Assembly: GCA_051362555.1 (NCBI GenBank)
Contig: CM120640.1
Coordinates: forward strand, 6,076,001-6,140,000
Source: Lingula anatina
Taxonomy: Eukaryota; Animalia; Brachiopoda
Direction: 5' to 3'
Length of the DNA stretch: 64,000 bases
Program-made: the position numbers and the translations under genes
The notes under the pieces: model-generated
The model's input: only the letters and a program-made list of their open reading frames with translations
The model's database searches: none
What the model was told of the DNA's origin: nothing
Part shown: positions 39,830 through 51,771 of the stretch, piece after piece
Layout: the number at the start of each line of letters is the position of its first letter
How positions within the stretch are numbered: position 1 is the stretch's first letter

Positions 39830-40840
39830 GGTGCAAGAATCAAATAAACGTACCGGTACGTTAATTAATTTTCCAAATTTCTTCCCGCCGGTACGCTCCA
39901 TTTTCACCCAGTACGCTTATTAATTTTTCAAAAATCTTCCACCCGGTATGTTTATTAAATACATATTGTACCGGTGGGAAATTACACAAGTACAAGTCAC
40001 GCTTTTTATTTTCTTAAATTGAAGTATAATGAGAAGAAAATTGAGATCTCAACTCATTACCGACTGTTCTACCAACAGCACTGGAAAGTAGGTCAAGCGG
40101 AAGTCGCTCTCTGAACACAACAGTACATGCGTCACCTGATTTCAGTTCCTATAAATAGACGTGCTTTCCCTTCAACAGTGACAACTACTCATGTACATCG
40201 ATCGAATGATGCAATGTCGCAAGGTGATAGGATCATATTTATAGCTAAGGAGGTCATTTCAAGTGCAGCAAAGAAGTTGTGCCTGTTTTCAAACGTCAAT
40301 TATTTCATGCCGATTTATGATTTAAACGATGTTAAATCACATTTCTATGTAAGATAAACCCTTAGGAGTTTACAGGTATGCAAAACGAAGCTTATATCTG
40401 AGAATAAATTTACTATGAATAACGTCTCCGTATGGCTCTCGGAGGCGGCTTAGGTGCGACATATCTGGGTCTTCGGCCCCTGACGATTATGAAATTTAAC
40501 TCATGGCAAATATATATATATATTAAGATAAATTATAATACTGAGTGAATTTTACCTGGTGATTTTTTTTTTTTTTACAATGATCAATAGCTAGCTTTTT
40601 TCTTTCTCTTCTTCTTCTTCTTTACTTTTATTTATTTATTTCATTTTTTTTTTTTTGGGGGGGGGGAGTGGTGCAAAGGTTTTTTCCACCCAGTACTTTT
40701 ATTCCATCCAGTACTTTTATTAAATTTCGAGATTTTTTACACCCAGTACTTTTATTCCATCAGTACTTTTATTAAATTTTGAGATTTTTTCCACCCAGTA
40801 CTTTTATTCCATCAGTTCTTTTATTCGATACTTCAGAGTA
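39830..40840. mobile_element. Nested degenerate Tc1/mariner-like MITE with subterminal repeats
   Basis: Left end has repeated (c)cggtacg..ttatt units; right end has repeated cccagtacttttatt units and ends TTATTCGATACTTCAGAGTA. The left TIR is degraded. Confidence 0.5.
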
Positions 40841-40869
40841 AATGAAAAGGGTAAATGGATCGTCCGTAA

Positions 40870-41081
40870 ACCCCCTTTACACTGGGGCGGCGTCCTTTGT
40901 GCGACCAAGAAACTGGCATCACTGTGGTCGTAGAAAGGAGGTACAAGCATTGCTTTGGTAGAAAAAAATGAATATTTGGTGATTGGTCAGTTGTCAGAAA
41001 GTTGAGTATTATAATTTTGTACTCTCAAATGGATCCGTACTACAGGACGCAGAAAGGACGCCGTCCAGTGTAAAGGGCCCC
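40870..41081. mobile_element. Nested Harbinger/Tourist-like MITE (~210 bp)
   Basis: TIR CCCTTTACACTGG.GCGGCGTCCTTTGTGCGACC / GGACGCAGAAAGGACGCCGTCCAGTGTAAAGGG, with TAA/TTA-like flanks. Confidence 0.8.
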
Positions 41082-41559
41082 TTAGCTAACTATGAATTAA
41101 TCTACCCCTGACAGTTTGAAGAAGGCTATGACATTATGAAACATTTATTATTACATAATGGCTCTGCGAACTACAGTCACTTCTTTTCACCTGTAGATCT
41201 GACCTGTTTGTTATACACCTGGCTGCTAGAATAAATACTAAATCTAACAACTGAAGTGAAATTATATTTTGGATGGGCCCCTGTCGGTCCATGTCGCTAA
41301 CACAGAGCACACATATTCATAAACACCGCATTTGCAAGAACCGCTTTGTGAAATAAAAAAAGAAAAAAAAAGACGCCCCGACAATTACGCGTCCTGATAT
41401 ATAGGCCTACAGTTCGGATATGCACACGGCAAAAACGATTAAGGGACCGTTCCCAGATCCTATCGTACTAACTATGGATCGATCTCTCCCAGAAGGAATG
41501 CTATATAAATTGCAATCAACGTAATCAGTGTGATCTGGCCAATTTTACAAAGTTGCTGT

Positions 41560-43120
41560 TTTTCCCTTTTCTCAGCATAATATTATATGCGATGCAACAT
41601 TTTAAAGAGAACCGATAGGTCTATTTTCATGAAACTCACAGAACTGATGAATATTAGTTAAACGCAGGTCAAGTTTGAAAATCTTCATAATGGGCTGCTT
41701 TTTTTTTTCAGAAAATTTGCTGTTGTTTTTGCTTTTTTCAGCATACATGCAACACTGTAAACATAGTTCAAGGAGAAGCAATAGGTCTATTGTCATGAAA
41801 CTCACAGAACTGATGATTATTAGTAAAAGGGTTGTCAAGATCAAAAATCGGCATATCCGGGCCATTTTTTGTCAAAAGTTATGCTGTTTTTTTTCTGCCA
41901 TTTTCAGCATATAAGTAACACTGTAAGCACATTTCAGGGAGAACGGATAGGCCTGTTGTCATTAAACTCACAGGAGTGATCAATGTTACCAATATACAAA
42001 TCAAGTTTGAAAATAGGATTGATTGGTTGAGTTTTGTGGAAGTTGTGCCTTGTTTTGATACATATAAGTGGTTTTCCTCAGATTTGATTGCATTTTTTCT
42101 CCTTTTTTCATTGTACATGCAACACTGTAAACACATTTCAAGGAGAACCAATAGGCCTCTTTTCATAAAACTCACAGAACTGATGATTATTAGTAAAAGA
42201 ATGGTCAAAATTGAAAATCAGCATGACCAGGCCCTTTTCTTTCAAATGTTATGCTGTTTTTTTTTTCAGCATATAAGTAACACTGTAAGCACATTTCAGG
42301 GAGAACCAATAAGCCTGTTTTCATGAAACTCACAGAACTGATGATTATTAGTAAAAGAATGGTCAAGATTGAAAATCAGCATGACCAGGCCCTTTTCTTT
42401 CAAATGTTATGCTGTTTTTTTTTAAGCATATAAGTAACACTGTAAACACATTTCAAGGAGAACCAATAGGCCTCTTTTCATAAAACTCACAGAACTGATG
42501 ATTATAAGTAAAAGAATGGTCAAGATTGAAAATCAGCATGACCAGGCCCTTTTCTTTCAAATGTTATGCTGTTTTTTTTTCAGCATATAAGTAACACTGT
42601 AAGCACATTTCAGGGAGAACCAATAAGCCTGTTTTCATGAAACTCACAGGAGTAATCAATGTTATCTATATACAAATCAAGTTTAAAAATAAGATTGATT
42701 GGTTGAGTTTTGAGGGACTTAAGCTTTTATTTGTATATAAGTGGTTTTCCTCAGATTTGATTGTCAGGCATGTTGACAGTTTCGTTATTGAACTAACTAG
42801 ATATGTAAATATGTTAGTGTTTGTCTGAAATTTTCTGCATCTTTACAACATTGCTAGTTGATTATATAAATATGACGGTAAACATGTTATCATGTACTGT
42901 GTAATACAGTGTCTCAAAATGGAGGAAATGGGGTGATTATTTTCAAAAGTTTTGCATTTTTTTCTCCTTTTTTCAGTGTACATGCAACACTGTTAACATA
43001 TTTCAAGGAGAACCAATAAGCCTGTTTTCATGAAACTCACAGAACTGATGATTATTAGTAAAAGAATGGTCAAGATTGAAAATCAGCAAGACCAGGCCCT
43101 TTTCTTTCAAATTTTATGCT

Positions 43121-43174
<54 letters not shown>

Positions 43175-43630
43175 TTTTGTTTTTTTTTTTTTTTTTTTCA
43201 GCATATATGTAACACTGTAAGCACATTTCAGGGAGAACCAATAACTTAAAGCCTGTTTTCATGAAACTCACAGAACTGATGATTATTAGTAAAAGCATAT
43301 TAGTAACACTGTAAGCACATTTCAGGGAGAACCGATAGGCCTGTTGTCATTAAACTCACAAGAGTGATCAATGTTATCTATATACAAATCAAATTTAAAA
43401 ATAAGATTGATTGGTTGAGTTTTGAGGGACTTCAGCTTTTATTTGTATATAAGTGGTTTTCCTCAGATTTGATTGTCAGGCATGTAAACAGTCTCATTAT
43501 TGAATTTACTAGATATGTAAAATGGGTTGTTTGACAATTTCTGCGTCTTGACAATATTGCTAGTTGATTATATAAAAATGGTGGTAAACCTGTTATCTTG
43601 TATTGTGTAAAAAAAGTGACAAAATGGAAA
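41560..43630. repeat. ~157-bp satellite-like tandem array (about 10 units) with higher-order structure
   Basis: Unit aacactgtaa(a/g)cacatttca(a/g)ggagaaccaata..cct....tcatgaaactcacagaactgatgattattagtaaaag... at ~41596, 41751, 41917, 42121, 42278, 42436, 42593, 42986, 43211, 43305; spacing ~157 bp in the homogeneous core. Confidence 0.92.
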
Positions 43631-45653
43631 TGAACTCGTATCATTGTAGTTTGTCAGATTCAATCATTCACAATGTTCGGAATGGAGGAAATTGGACATT
43701 TAAACTTGTTATATTGATATTTTTGCCATCTCAACAATTTTCTTAGTTGATCATGTGAAATGGCAGTAAACTGTATTATTTTATGTAAAAAAGTTAAAAA
43801 TGGAAAGAAACCCATTTCAGTACAGTGCTCTCTTGTATACATTTAGCATTTTCAAAGTATGACTTTGGAGTTCCATGAACCTGAAAACCTTTGCTAGTCA
43901 CGTTTTCTGAATATTCATGATACTAATATTTTATTATAAAAAATTGATGATCATTATGCTGTTAAGCATTATATAATATTGCATCAAATTGGAAGAAAGC
44001 ACAATTTTGGGTGCTGCTGGCATGATGTCCTCAATTGTAAAATTGTGTACTGTGCAAGTCTGTATCCAATGGACGACACTTTGTGTTATCAAAATATAAA
44101 ATTCATGATAATAAAAGAGTGCTAAATAGAAAATAAGCATTATGAAAATAAAATGTTTGAAAACGAATTTCTTTGGTCTTTTATTTTATTTCATCAGTAT
44201 CCTTTCTTTTCCTTAATTAATTGATGTTTTATCTCATAATCTTCAATTCTAAAAAAGTGGCAAAGCCCAGCATTAAATATTGTATAACTGTTCATTTAAT
44301 CATCACCTCTGGTGTTATTTTGGAATTTACCTTAAATATGAAAGAATTTCATAAAAATGTGAATTGCTGCAAAGTAACGCTATATAAAATTTGCTTTGCA
44401 TTAAAAGTACAATCATTATTACATGTAGATGCATGCATGTCCTCGGTTGTAATGTGTAGTGTCTGTCCGTGTGTGTGTCCGTGTGTGTCCTCGGTTAGAA
44501 TGTAAAATTCTTGTCAGCAAAAAATTAGTTTTTATAAAAAATTAATTTATAACATTCATACTCGAATAGATTTTACCCTAAATTGAATGTTTTTATTTTG
44601 ATTTAACCAAGGAATAAGATGTCCTCGGTTGTATGGTGTTGTGCTGATGTCCTCGGTTGGTACACATAGACAAGTATGTGTGTGTGTGTGTGTGTGAATT
44701 TGAGTGCGTGCGGGCATGCCTGTTCTATTTTATAAAGGATGTGAACTAGCTTTTGAAAATGTTTACTATTGTTTTTGAAATTTATCTGGTCAAAAATGTA
44801 AAATCCAAGGAATGCTGTATATCTTTTCTTTGTAATTCTTGTTTTGTTACGGAAATTAAGATAGAGAAAATAAATACCAATTTATGTGAAACAGATTGGT
44901 TCTTATGCATGCATGAAAGATGTATTGTAGAAAGCGCAAATTTGTTAACTAATGCATTTTTCTGCACTTTCACATTTGGGGATTTGATTGCACGCTTAAA
45001 ATATTACCCTCGGCTTAACAACATTGAAGGCATTTTTGTATGAAGTTTTCACACAAAAAATAACGAGGTGATTGGAAAAAGGGGATGATTGTCAACGACG
45101 AATCATATATTAACATGCAAAAAAGCTAACATTAACTAAATTATTTGCAATTTTCTTAGACTCGTCTAAGTCTTCAATCTTATAACTTAGTAGTTTCACA
45201 CACACACATACATGCACAAACACACACACACTTATAAAAAGAAACACTTCTTGTTTTGTTTTGGTTTAATAAATGACATAAAAAATTAATATTGGTAGTG
45301 CCATTATTTCACAGAATAGAAAAACATAAAAAATGCTTAAATTACTACTCCAAAAATGGAGGAAAAAGGTCTATAAACAAATTCAGATAATAAATTTATC
45401 ACAGTATTCATAATTTTCATTTCCAGCCATTACCTGTTAGCTTTAAAATCTACTGGCAAATGATGCTTAAGTTATATCTGGACCAGCATTAATATCAACA
45501 TAATATGTCTGTTTAACAAGAGTGTCGGTTTTAGATGACAAACTTAAGACCAGCAGGAGCTGACGTGCCTAGTGAACCAGTCATATCTGAGCAACTGACT
45601 GGTAAAGATATCACATTTGGCATGTGTTTGGTTGAGTTATCATGTCTGATGTA

Positions 45654-48600
45654 CGGTAATGTGCCATGAATTTCGAACAGTAGAAAATAATTAAATTTGG
45701 GAAAAGATCGTTCAGGCCGAAATTCATGAAATGGAGGTGCTCAGAACTTCCGAAAGTTCGAATTTCATGGAATTCTGTCAATTTTGACCGGAAGTTGTCT
45801 GTTCGTCGCTAGGCCTTCTGTTATCTTCTCCAGACGATCTATTTAGAGTTACCATAATGTATGATGTGTGAGTGTCGGTAATTGCGACCAAAGGTATACA
45901 CGTACTTTCACCCGATCACTGTGTATGGCCCATAGGTAGAGTGGTACTGTTGTCTAGGGCCGCAAAACAGCATCGTTATCAGTAATTTTGTTTTTCAAAA
46001 GCGATTCTTACAGCCACAAACTAGTGTCGTTTTTCAAAAACGATCCTGGCGCTCAGAACGGGAGTGGACGGAGGGAGAGACGGCCGACGATTAGCGTCTG
46101 CCACGGCCAGATAACCTTTACTATGGAAGCTTAGTGTTACCGTTGCTCCTTTCCGTGCACTGAAACCGAGACAACAGCCGATCAGTGTCTATTGCGCACG
46201 TGCAGGTAGCCTTCATTTGCGATAAGTGTTTGCCGCGACCAGGTTCGTTGCCTTTACCGTTAAAGTCGGGCGGAGCTTTACGCGCGAATGTGTCCTCATC
46301 TCGCCGTTCGCGGGTCGGTGTCTCCGACGCATACGTAGCCTTCCCTGCAGAAGCCGGCCTCGGCACTACGGCCTCTCCTCCGTGCGGGGAGGCCACTACG
46401 ACCGCAGATCGGTATGTGCGGCGCATAGGTAGCTTTCGTCACGGCAGCCGAACTGTGTATTACGTGCGTGCGCTGCGACTAAGATGACCGCTGATTGTTG
46501 TCTGCGATCAAATATACTAGGTTTGGGGGGGGGGGGGGGGTTGCAGGGCCGTTTTTTTTTTTTTTTTTTTCGCTCAGGCAACCCAGTCTTAAACAGCAGC
46601 AGCAACTGATTTCCTTGTGCATAGTTGCGTCAATGTGCGCATTTGAAAAGCGTGTACGTTTTGTCATTGAAACCATCTTCAAACAAACGCGAGAGATAGG
46701 TAATCTAGAGTAAACCGAAAAGGCAGTTTTTATATTCGTTCAAGGGACTGGAAGATCGTCAATGGGAGATAGTGAGCGATCTGAGTGCGACAATAAGCCA
46801 ATTTCCACACTAGTTCAAGGGACTTCGTTACTATATTCGTCAGCAAGAGATCGTCAGCGATCCGAGCAAGCATAGAAGCTTGGACTTTTTGTCCATGCTA
46901 GAAGGCAATTTTCATGTAGTCAGCAGGATATGGTTTGCTGGTTTGCGACAGGGGCGTAACCAGGCATACGCACGGATACACTGTGCGTATATAATTTTTT
47001 GGCCAACCATGATATTATTCTCTATAAATCTAGTGTACTTTTCAAGGAATATTATCGAAAATCCCCTTCGATTATAAGTTAACGTCACCTGAATGTACAA
47101 ATTCTCTGTATAATTTATATATGCACCATTGTTCTGACACCCTTCTCGTTTGCTTTCACAGAACTGAGGTAAACAATACTAGTTACCATCTGAAGTCCGA
47201 TCTTAATTGTCCATCTAGCTGGAACTTGCTTTATCTCTTAATTAGAGGGTAAAGTGCCCTTCAGCTCACAGGTAGCTTTTGTCTTGAGTGTATCGAACGC
47301 GATATAGATCTCAGATAAAAATCTACCTGTGTGTTATTTTCAAAGAGCTGCTCCAGCAGACCTGGGGGCACTAGATAAATCTGATCATCGGGCTAAACAA
47401 GGAGCCAGAGAAACAAAGGAAGATTGATTTTTCCTGCAAAGTTTCAAAGAATTTTGACACGGACTTGATCCAGCTTAACCCTCCAAACTAACGGGGTGGC
47501 ATGGGCAATTTTTACAAAATTTACAAACAATTAAACTTAGATATATTACAATTTTATCCTTTAATAAAATTTTGGGAGGCATGCACCCGCATGTAAGCTA
47601 GGTGATGTCAGTAAGCCCCTAGTTAAATAAATATACCCTTATGAGCAAGGCTTTTCCCAGCGAACCGTCCAGCCGTCATTTGGACGGCCGCTGACATCAC
47701 CGGACAGCCTATATTTTCAAAGACGGCTAGACGGCTTGCGACTTTTTTTTAATGACGTCTCGGCTTGTCGGGACAGCCGTGGAGGTTGTAAGAAATTTTC
47801 TTAGAGTAATTTGACATACTTGCTTTTATGATGTGTCACAGATGACTGGTACTACTTTGTAGTGTACGCTGATATTCAGTCACGACGAAACTACTTCCTA
47901 AAGCTTACAAAACACAATAAAATGTTTCTATGGACTTTAAGATACACATTCCACGCCGTATGCAGCAGTGACAAGAGTGACCTTCATGCGGTACAAAACA
48001 CTAAGCAAACTACAGGCCAATTTGTGAAAGGGGACACCTTCCGGACCTTCATACGCACGGCAACTGAAAAAGCTGATTGACAAAAAGGAAAATTTCAAAT
48101 TTTCAGCGAGAGATCGTTCGCAATCTGAGAGAGACCAGTAGGCAATTTTCCTATTTGTTAAAGAGAATTCGTAAGCCAAAGGGCGAGACGAGAACGCAAT
48201 TTTCGTATCGTCAGCGTCGCAATCCGAGTGAAACGAGAAAGCTCATACTCGTTCAGTGGCTTTCGTTTGCGGAAGATCGTCAGCCGGAGATCGTTCTCGA
48301 TTGTTTTAAACCCTCCATCCCTCCCCATTGGAATTTATAATTTTTAAAAACATTTTTCATTTCATTTGTACATTTCAAGGGACTTCATTAGAGGAAGATC
48401 GTCAGCGGGAGATCGTGAACGATCTGAGCGAGACAAGAAAGTAATAATGGTAATCTTTATTGCAGCTCTTAATATTGCTCTTTTGTTCTGTTACTGAAGT
48501 CTCTACTGTTAACAGTGCTATTGTGCGCCTCAGCAAAACTACCGATCGCTATCTCACACCGAATACTGCGGTAAAGAAACAACAGCCCGACAGTACAACT

Positions 48601-48927
48601 CTTAATAGATTCTCCTGTTATCTGAATGAATGGATATGACGATGTTGTTTAGCGTCCTAAACTAACTGTACCGATCGTTATCTTGCACCTTGGGCCGCAC
48701 ACGTAGTACTCAGGTAAAGGTACGCTAGGGCAACATTGCCGACTGTTAGATCTTTATAAGCGTGAGAATAGCCCGGTGGCCGATTTTAAGGTGTACGAAA
48801 TTCACGAAATCAAGATCGCGCAAAATTGCTTACTGGCCGAAATTCATGGTCCAGAAAAAACTCCAGACGGCCGATTTTAAGATCGTTCGAAATTCAAGAG
48901 CCGTTCGAAATTCATGGCACTTTACCG
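45654..48927. mobile_element. ~3.3-kb TA-flanked TIR DNA transposon (Tc1/mariner-pogo-like ends), non-autonomous, with nested fragments
   Basis: TA-CGGTAATGTGCCATGAATTTCGAAC ... GTTCGAAATTCATGGCACTTTACCG-TA; subterminal GGCCGAAATTCATG / GAAATTCA repeats; CpG-rich interior; no intact transposase ORF. Confidence 0.85.
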
Positions 48928-48971
48928 TATGTTTCTAGTCGAGTTGACATTTGTCCATTTAGGTACTGTTC

Positions 48972-51467
48972 TCATGCTTGAGTGAGTTGGTTGGCCCAGT
49001 GATCTTCACTTTCTTCTGAGGCAGCCTGCTAAAACAACCAAGATTGTAACCCATGGTCCTAGTACTACCTACATGTAAATTTTAATTTAAAAAGAGTATG
49101 GGACTGTTCAGAATGAGTTTTGTCGACCTAGCTTGTGTGCACTAACTCTCACTAAATGTAATCAGATAAACAGTTTAAGGCCTAATTCCCACAGACACCA
49201 TTGGTCTATGTGGAACGACCAAACTCTAAGAGGGCTTTCGCCAGGAGTAAATCAGCTTAACTGAATGACACAACACTTCTTGTTTTTAATGTATCCATAT
49301 AATCACCAGCATTATACTCAATGTTAGGAGTACACATGCCAGAGTCCCCTTTGACTTGGCTTGATCCACATACACCAATGACATCTATGGGAATGGGGCC
49401 TAAGACGCCTCTCCTGGCACTGAGTAGAATACAGAGAAGCTGGTTATTATATGGGTATGTTGGAAACAAGAGGAGGCGTGTTTACCTGATTGCATTCATT
49501 GAGAGTCCCTGTGGATTATTTAGGTCAACAAAACTCTTTCTGAACAGTCCCCATATAACTGTCAAGTACAAGCTCAAAGACTGGAAATCACTTATCAATA
49601 CCTAAAATATCTAATGAAAACAAAATAAAAAAAGAGATTAAATCTTCCCCTTTTCTGTCTGTTTTTTTTAAAGCAAGTCTTGATCTGGTCTGCGCTTTTT
49701 CCATCATATAAATTTGCATGCCCCCCCCCCCCCTTTCCCACATCTCAATTAAATCATGGTTTTTACTCCTACCTCTTCAATATTTTGGTAGCAACCCCTC
49801 TTTAACCTCACCAGGTCTCCCCACAGCACATCTTGGTGGCATTTTGGACATTGTCCATTCACTGGGAGTATCATGGCTTTTACTGCCCCCTGCTGGAGGA
49901 ATACTTTGGCCAGGCAGATGGTGTGTGCCTGCATGACACAGTTTGGTTGAATACACTTCAGTCTGTCATCTTCACCCTTGAATGAAATGTGGGAAACCAT
50001 TTAAGAGCTTTGTGGTCTGTATAAAACCACTGCACCAAAATTACTTTCAGAAAGAGAAAATAAAAAAAAAGTGATGCCAATGAAGTGCTCAACATGAGCA
50101 AAGTTCTACCAGTTAATTTGATTCTCTTTTTAAGCAAACTGGTGATTAAAAATGTAATGATCTAAATGTATTTTTATACGACATATTCCAAAATATCACC
50201 AAATATAGGAGCCCAAGCTATATTGTACTTAGTATTCTGAAAAAAAAAAAAAGACTGTATACCAGGTAAATCCACAGCATGATGTATAAAATGATAAATA
50301 CCACAAATCTTTCACTACACACTGCACATCTAGGATGCTTGCTGCTGGGTTGTAACAGCTGAGCAAAATCATCACTGTCATCATCACCACTTCTTTCAGT
50401 CTCAGTATCAGTAGTCTTTGTCCTTTTGCCCTTAGTCTTATTCTTGACTTTCACACTTTTCACCGGACCATACACAATAGGCATATGTACTGGGGGAGTT
50501 AAATCAGGAGGAAAGTCCAAGGTGTACTCTTGTTTCAGCCAGCGTATTGTGAGAGGAAGACGGCACCAGGGTCCAACTCTCAGCATTTCACATGCTATCC
50601 GGAACTTGTGCTTGTATCCATGTTCTGCTTTTCGTCTCTTGACAATATGCTTTAGTCTGCGAGATACTTCAGGATGCTGCCAGGCCCATTCAAACTGGAA
50701 AACAATATATAATATTGTGGGGAGCTTTGTAAAATGAAAAAAATTATAGATAGCAAGTAGAACTCTCAAACATAATGTTTGTGCCTACATTATAAATTTA
50801 ATCATACATTTATGACATTAAATGCAACAGTTAAATGTAATCTCTGAACTTCAGTTACCAGAAAATGCACATATACTAGTACCCTGTATATATACATGTT
50901 TTCATACCTGTAAAGTGGGTATACTGCTGTTTAATATGATACATACCTATGATATAAATATACTTACTCTTAAAGCAGATATTTCATTGGGGAACCCATG
51001 GATTATCAGCACCATCTCCCTGTCAAAATATTATGTTAAATATTATAATTGATTATTTTAATAATTAAATTAAATTTAAAAAAAAAACGGTATGAAAACA
51101 AATATTAGGTAATCATCAAATTAATCTGAAAAAAATATCGATGACCTCAAGTTTCTGTTAATAAAACCCCTTTGCTTTTATCAATGCGACTGTGCACCTC
51201 ACTGACGAATGAGAGAATCTCTACAGGTTGGGCAATTAATAATAATTTAGTACACTGTGTAACTGAGTGTTACCAGGGCCCTCTCCCGCTTGTTCTCCAG
51301 GCTCCGCCGGCTTGTTTACCAGCATTATGCTGCTTTATCCTACGGTTTGGGTCAACGGTGAATCCTATGTATGTCCGCCCTTTACATTTAGGGTTTAAGC
51401 TGTACAATAAATAACAACCGTAGAAATTTTCAATTTCGTGGGCTTTATCCAATGCTCCCGCCGCCAT
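48972..51467 (-). CDS. SLX1: Structure-specific endonuclease subunit SLX1 (GIY-YIG plus RING variant), ~298 aa
   Basis: Exons 51467-51274, 51019-50968, 50694-50302, 49976-49773, 49025-48972. [34 protein letters not shown]...[36 protein letters not shown]-terminal Cys/His zinc finger, HW tail. Confidence 0.96.
49097..49555. mobile_element. MITE (~455 bp) in the last SLX1 intron
   Basis: TIR TATGGGACTGTTCAGAATGAGTTTTGTCGACCTA / TAGGTCAACAAAACTCTTTCTGAACAGTCCCCATA. Confidence 0.8.
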
Positions 51468-51487
51468 TTTGAATCATGTCACGTGAC
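51459..51487 (-). promoter_or_regulatory. YY1-like site over the SLX1 start codon plus a palindromic E-box GTCACGTGAC
   Basis: CCGCCATTTT spans the ATG; GTCACGTGAC at 51478-51487. Confidence 0.55.
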
Positions 51488-51616
51488 TGCCACCTGCTTA
51501 CCTGAGTTGTAAGAAATGGGATTTTTTGCATATTACTTCTAGTAATAGCGACAGTAGACATGTAAAATTACAACATTACCGTTTTTCGTTCTATCTAAAC
51601 ATTCGATTTCAAAACA

Positions 51617-51771
51617 GGTCCCTTTGATAACCCTTTGAGGGGGGGGGGCAAGATAAGATCGATAATTTAAGGAGGTTGCTTCAGGTTCAGTGGTGTTCTT
51701 ATTCATCCCACAATCTCGCTCTGTGATTTTTTTTTCTTTTCCACAAGTTCAAGGGGATTATCAAACGAACC
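51617..51771. mobile_element. Short MITE upstream of SLX1
   Basis: Imperfect TIR GGTCCCTTTGATAACCCTTT / AAGGGGATTATCAAACGAACC. Confidence 0.6.

Larger units (their letters stand above)
39261..44674. mobile_element. Large composite non-autonomous element with AACCGAGGAC subterminal repeats, flanked by (TG)n tracts
   Basis: 22-bp perfect inverted repeat CATTCTAACCGAGGACACACAC (39273-39294) / GTGTGTGTCCTCGGTTAGAATG (44481-44502); 11 copies of AACCGAGGAC or its complement clustered at the two ends; (TG)n at ~39236-39260 and ~44677-44696. Confidence 0.7.

Noticed and set aside
41560-43630. CRISPR-like or coding interpretation of the repeat array
   Set aside because: Eukaryotic context, long contiguous units without unique spacers, no cas genes, and the ORFs are repetitive by-products.
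46121-46487. ORFs as pogo/Tc1 transposase remnants
   Set aside because: Beyond an MRRTY start, no HTH or DDE motifs could be aligned.
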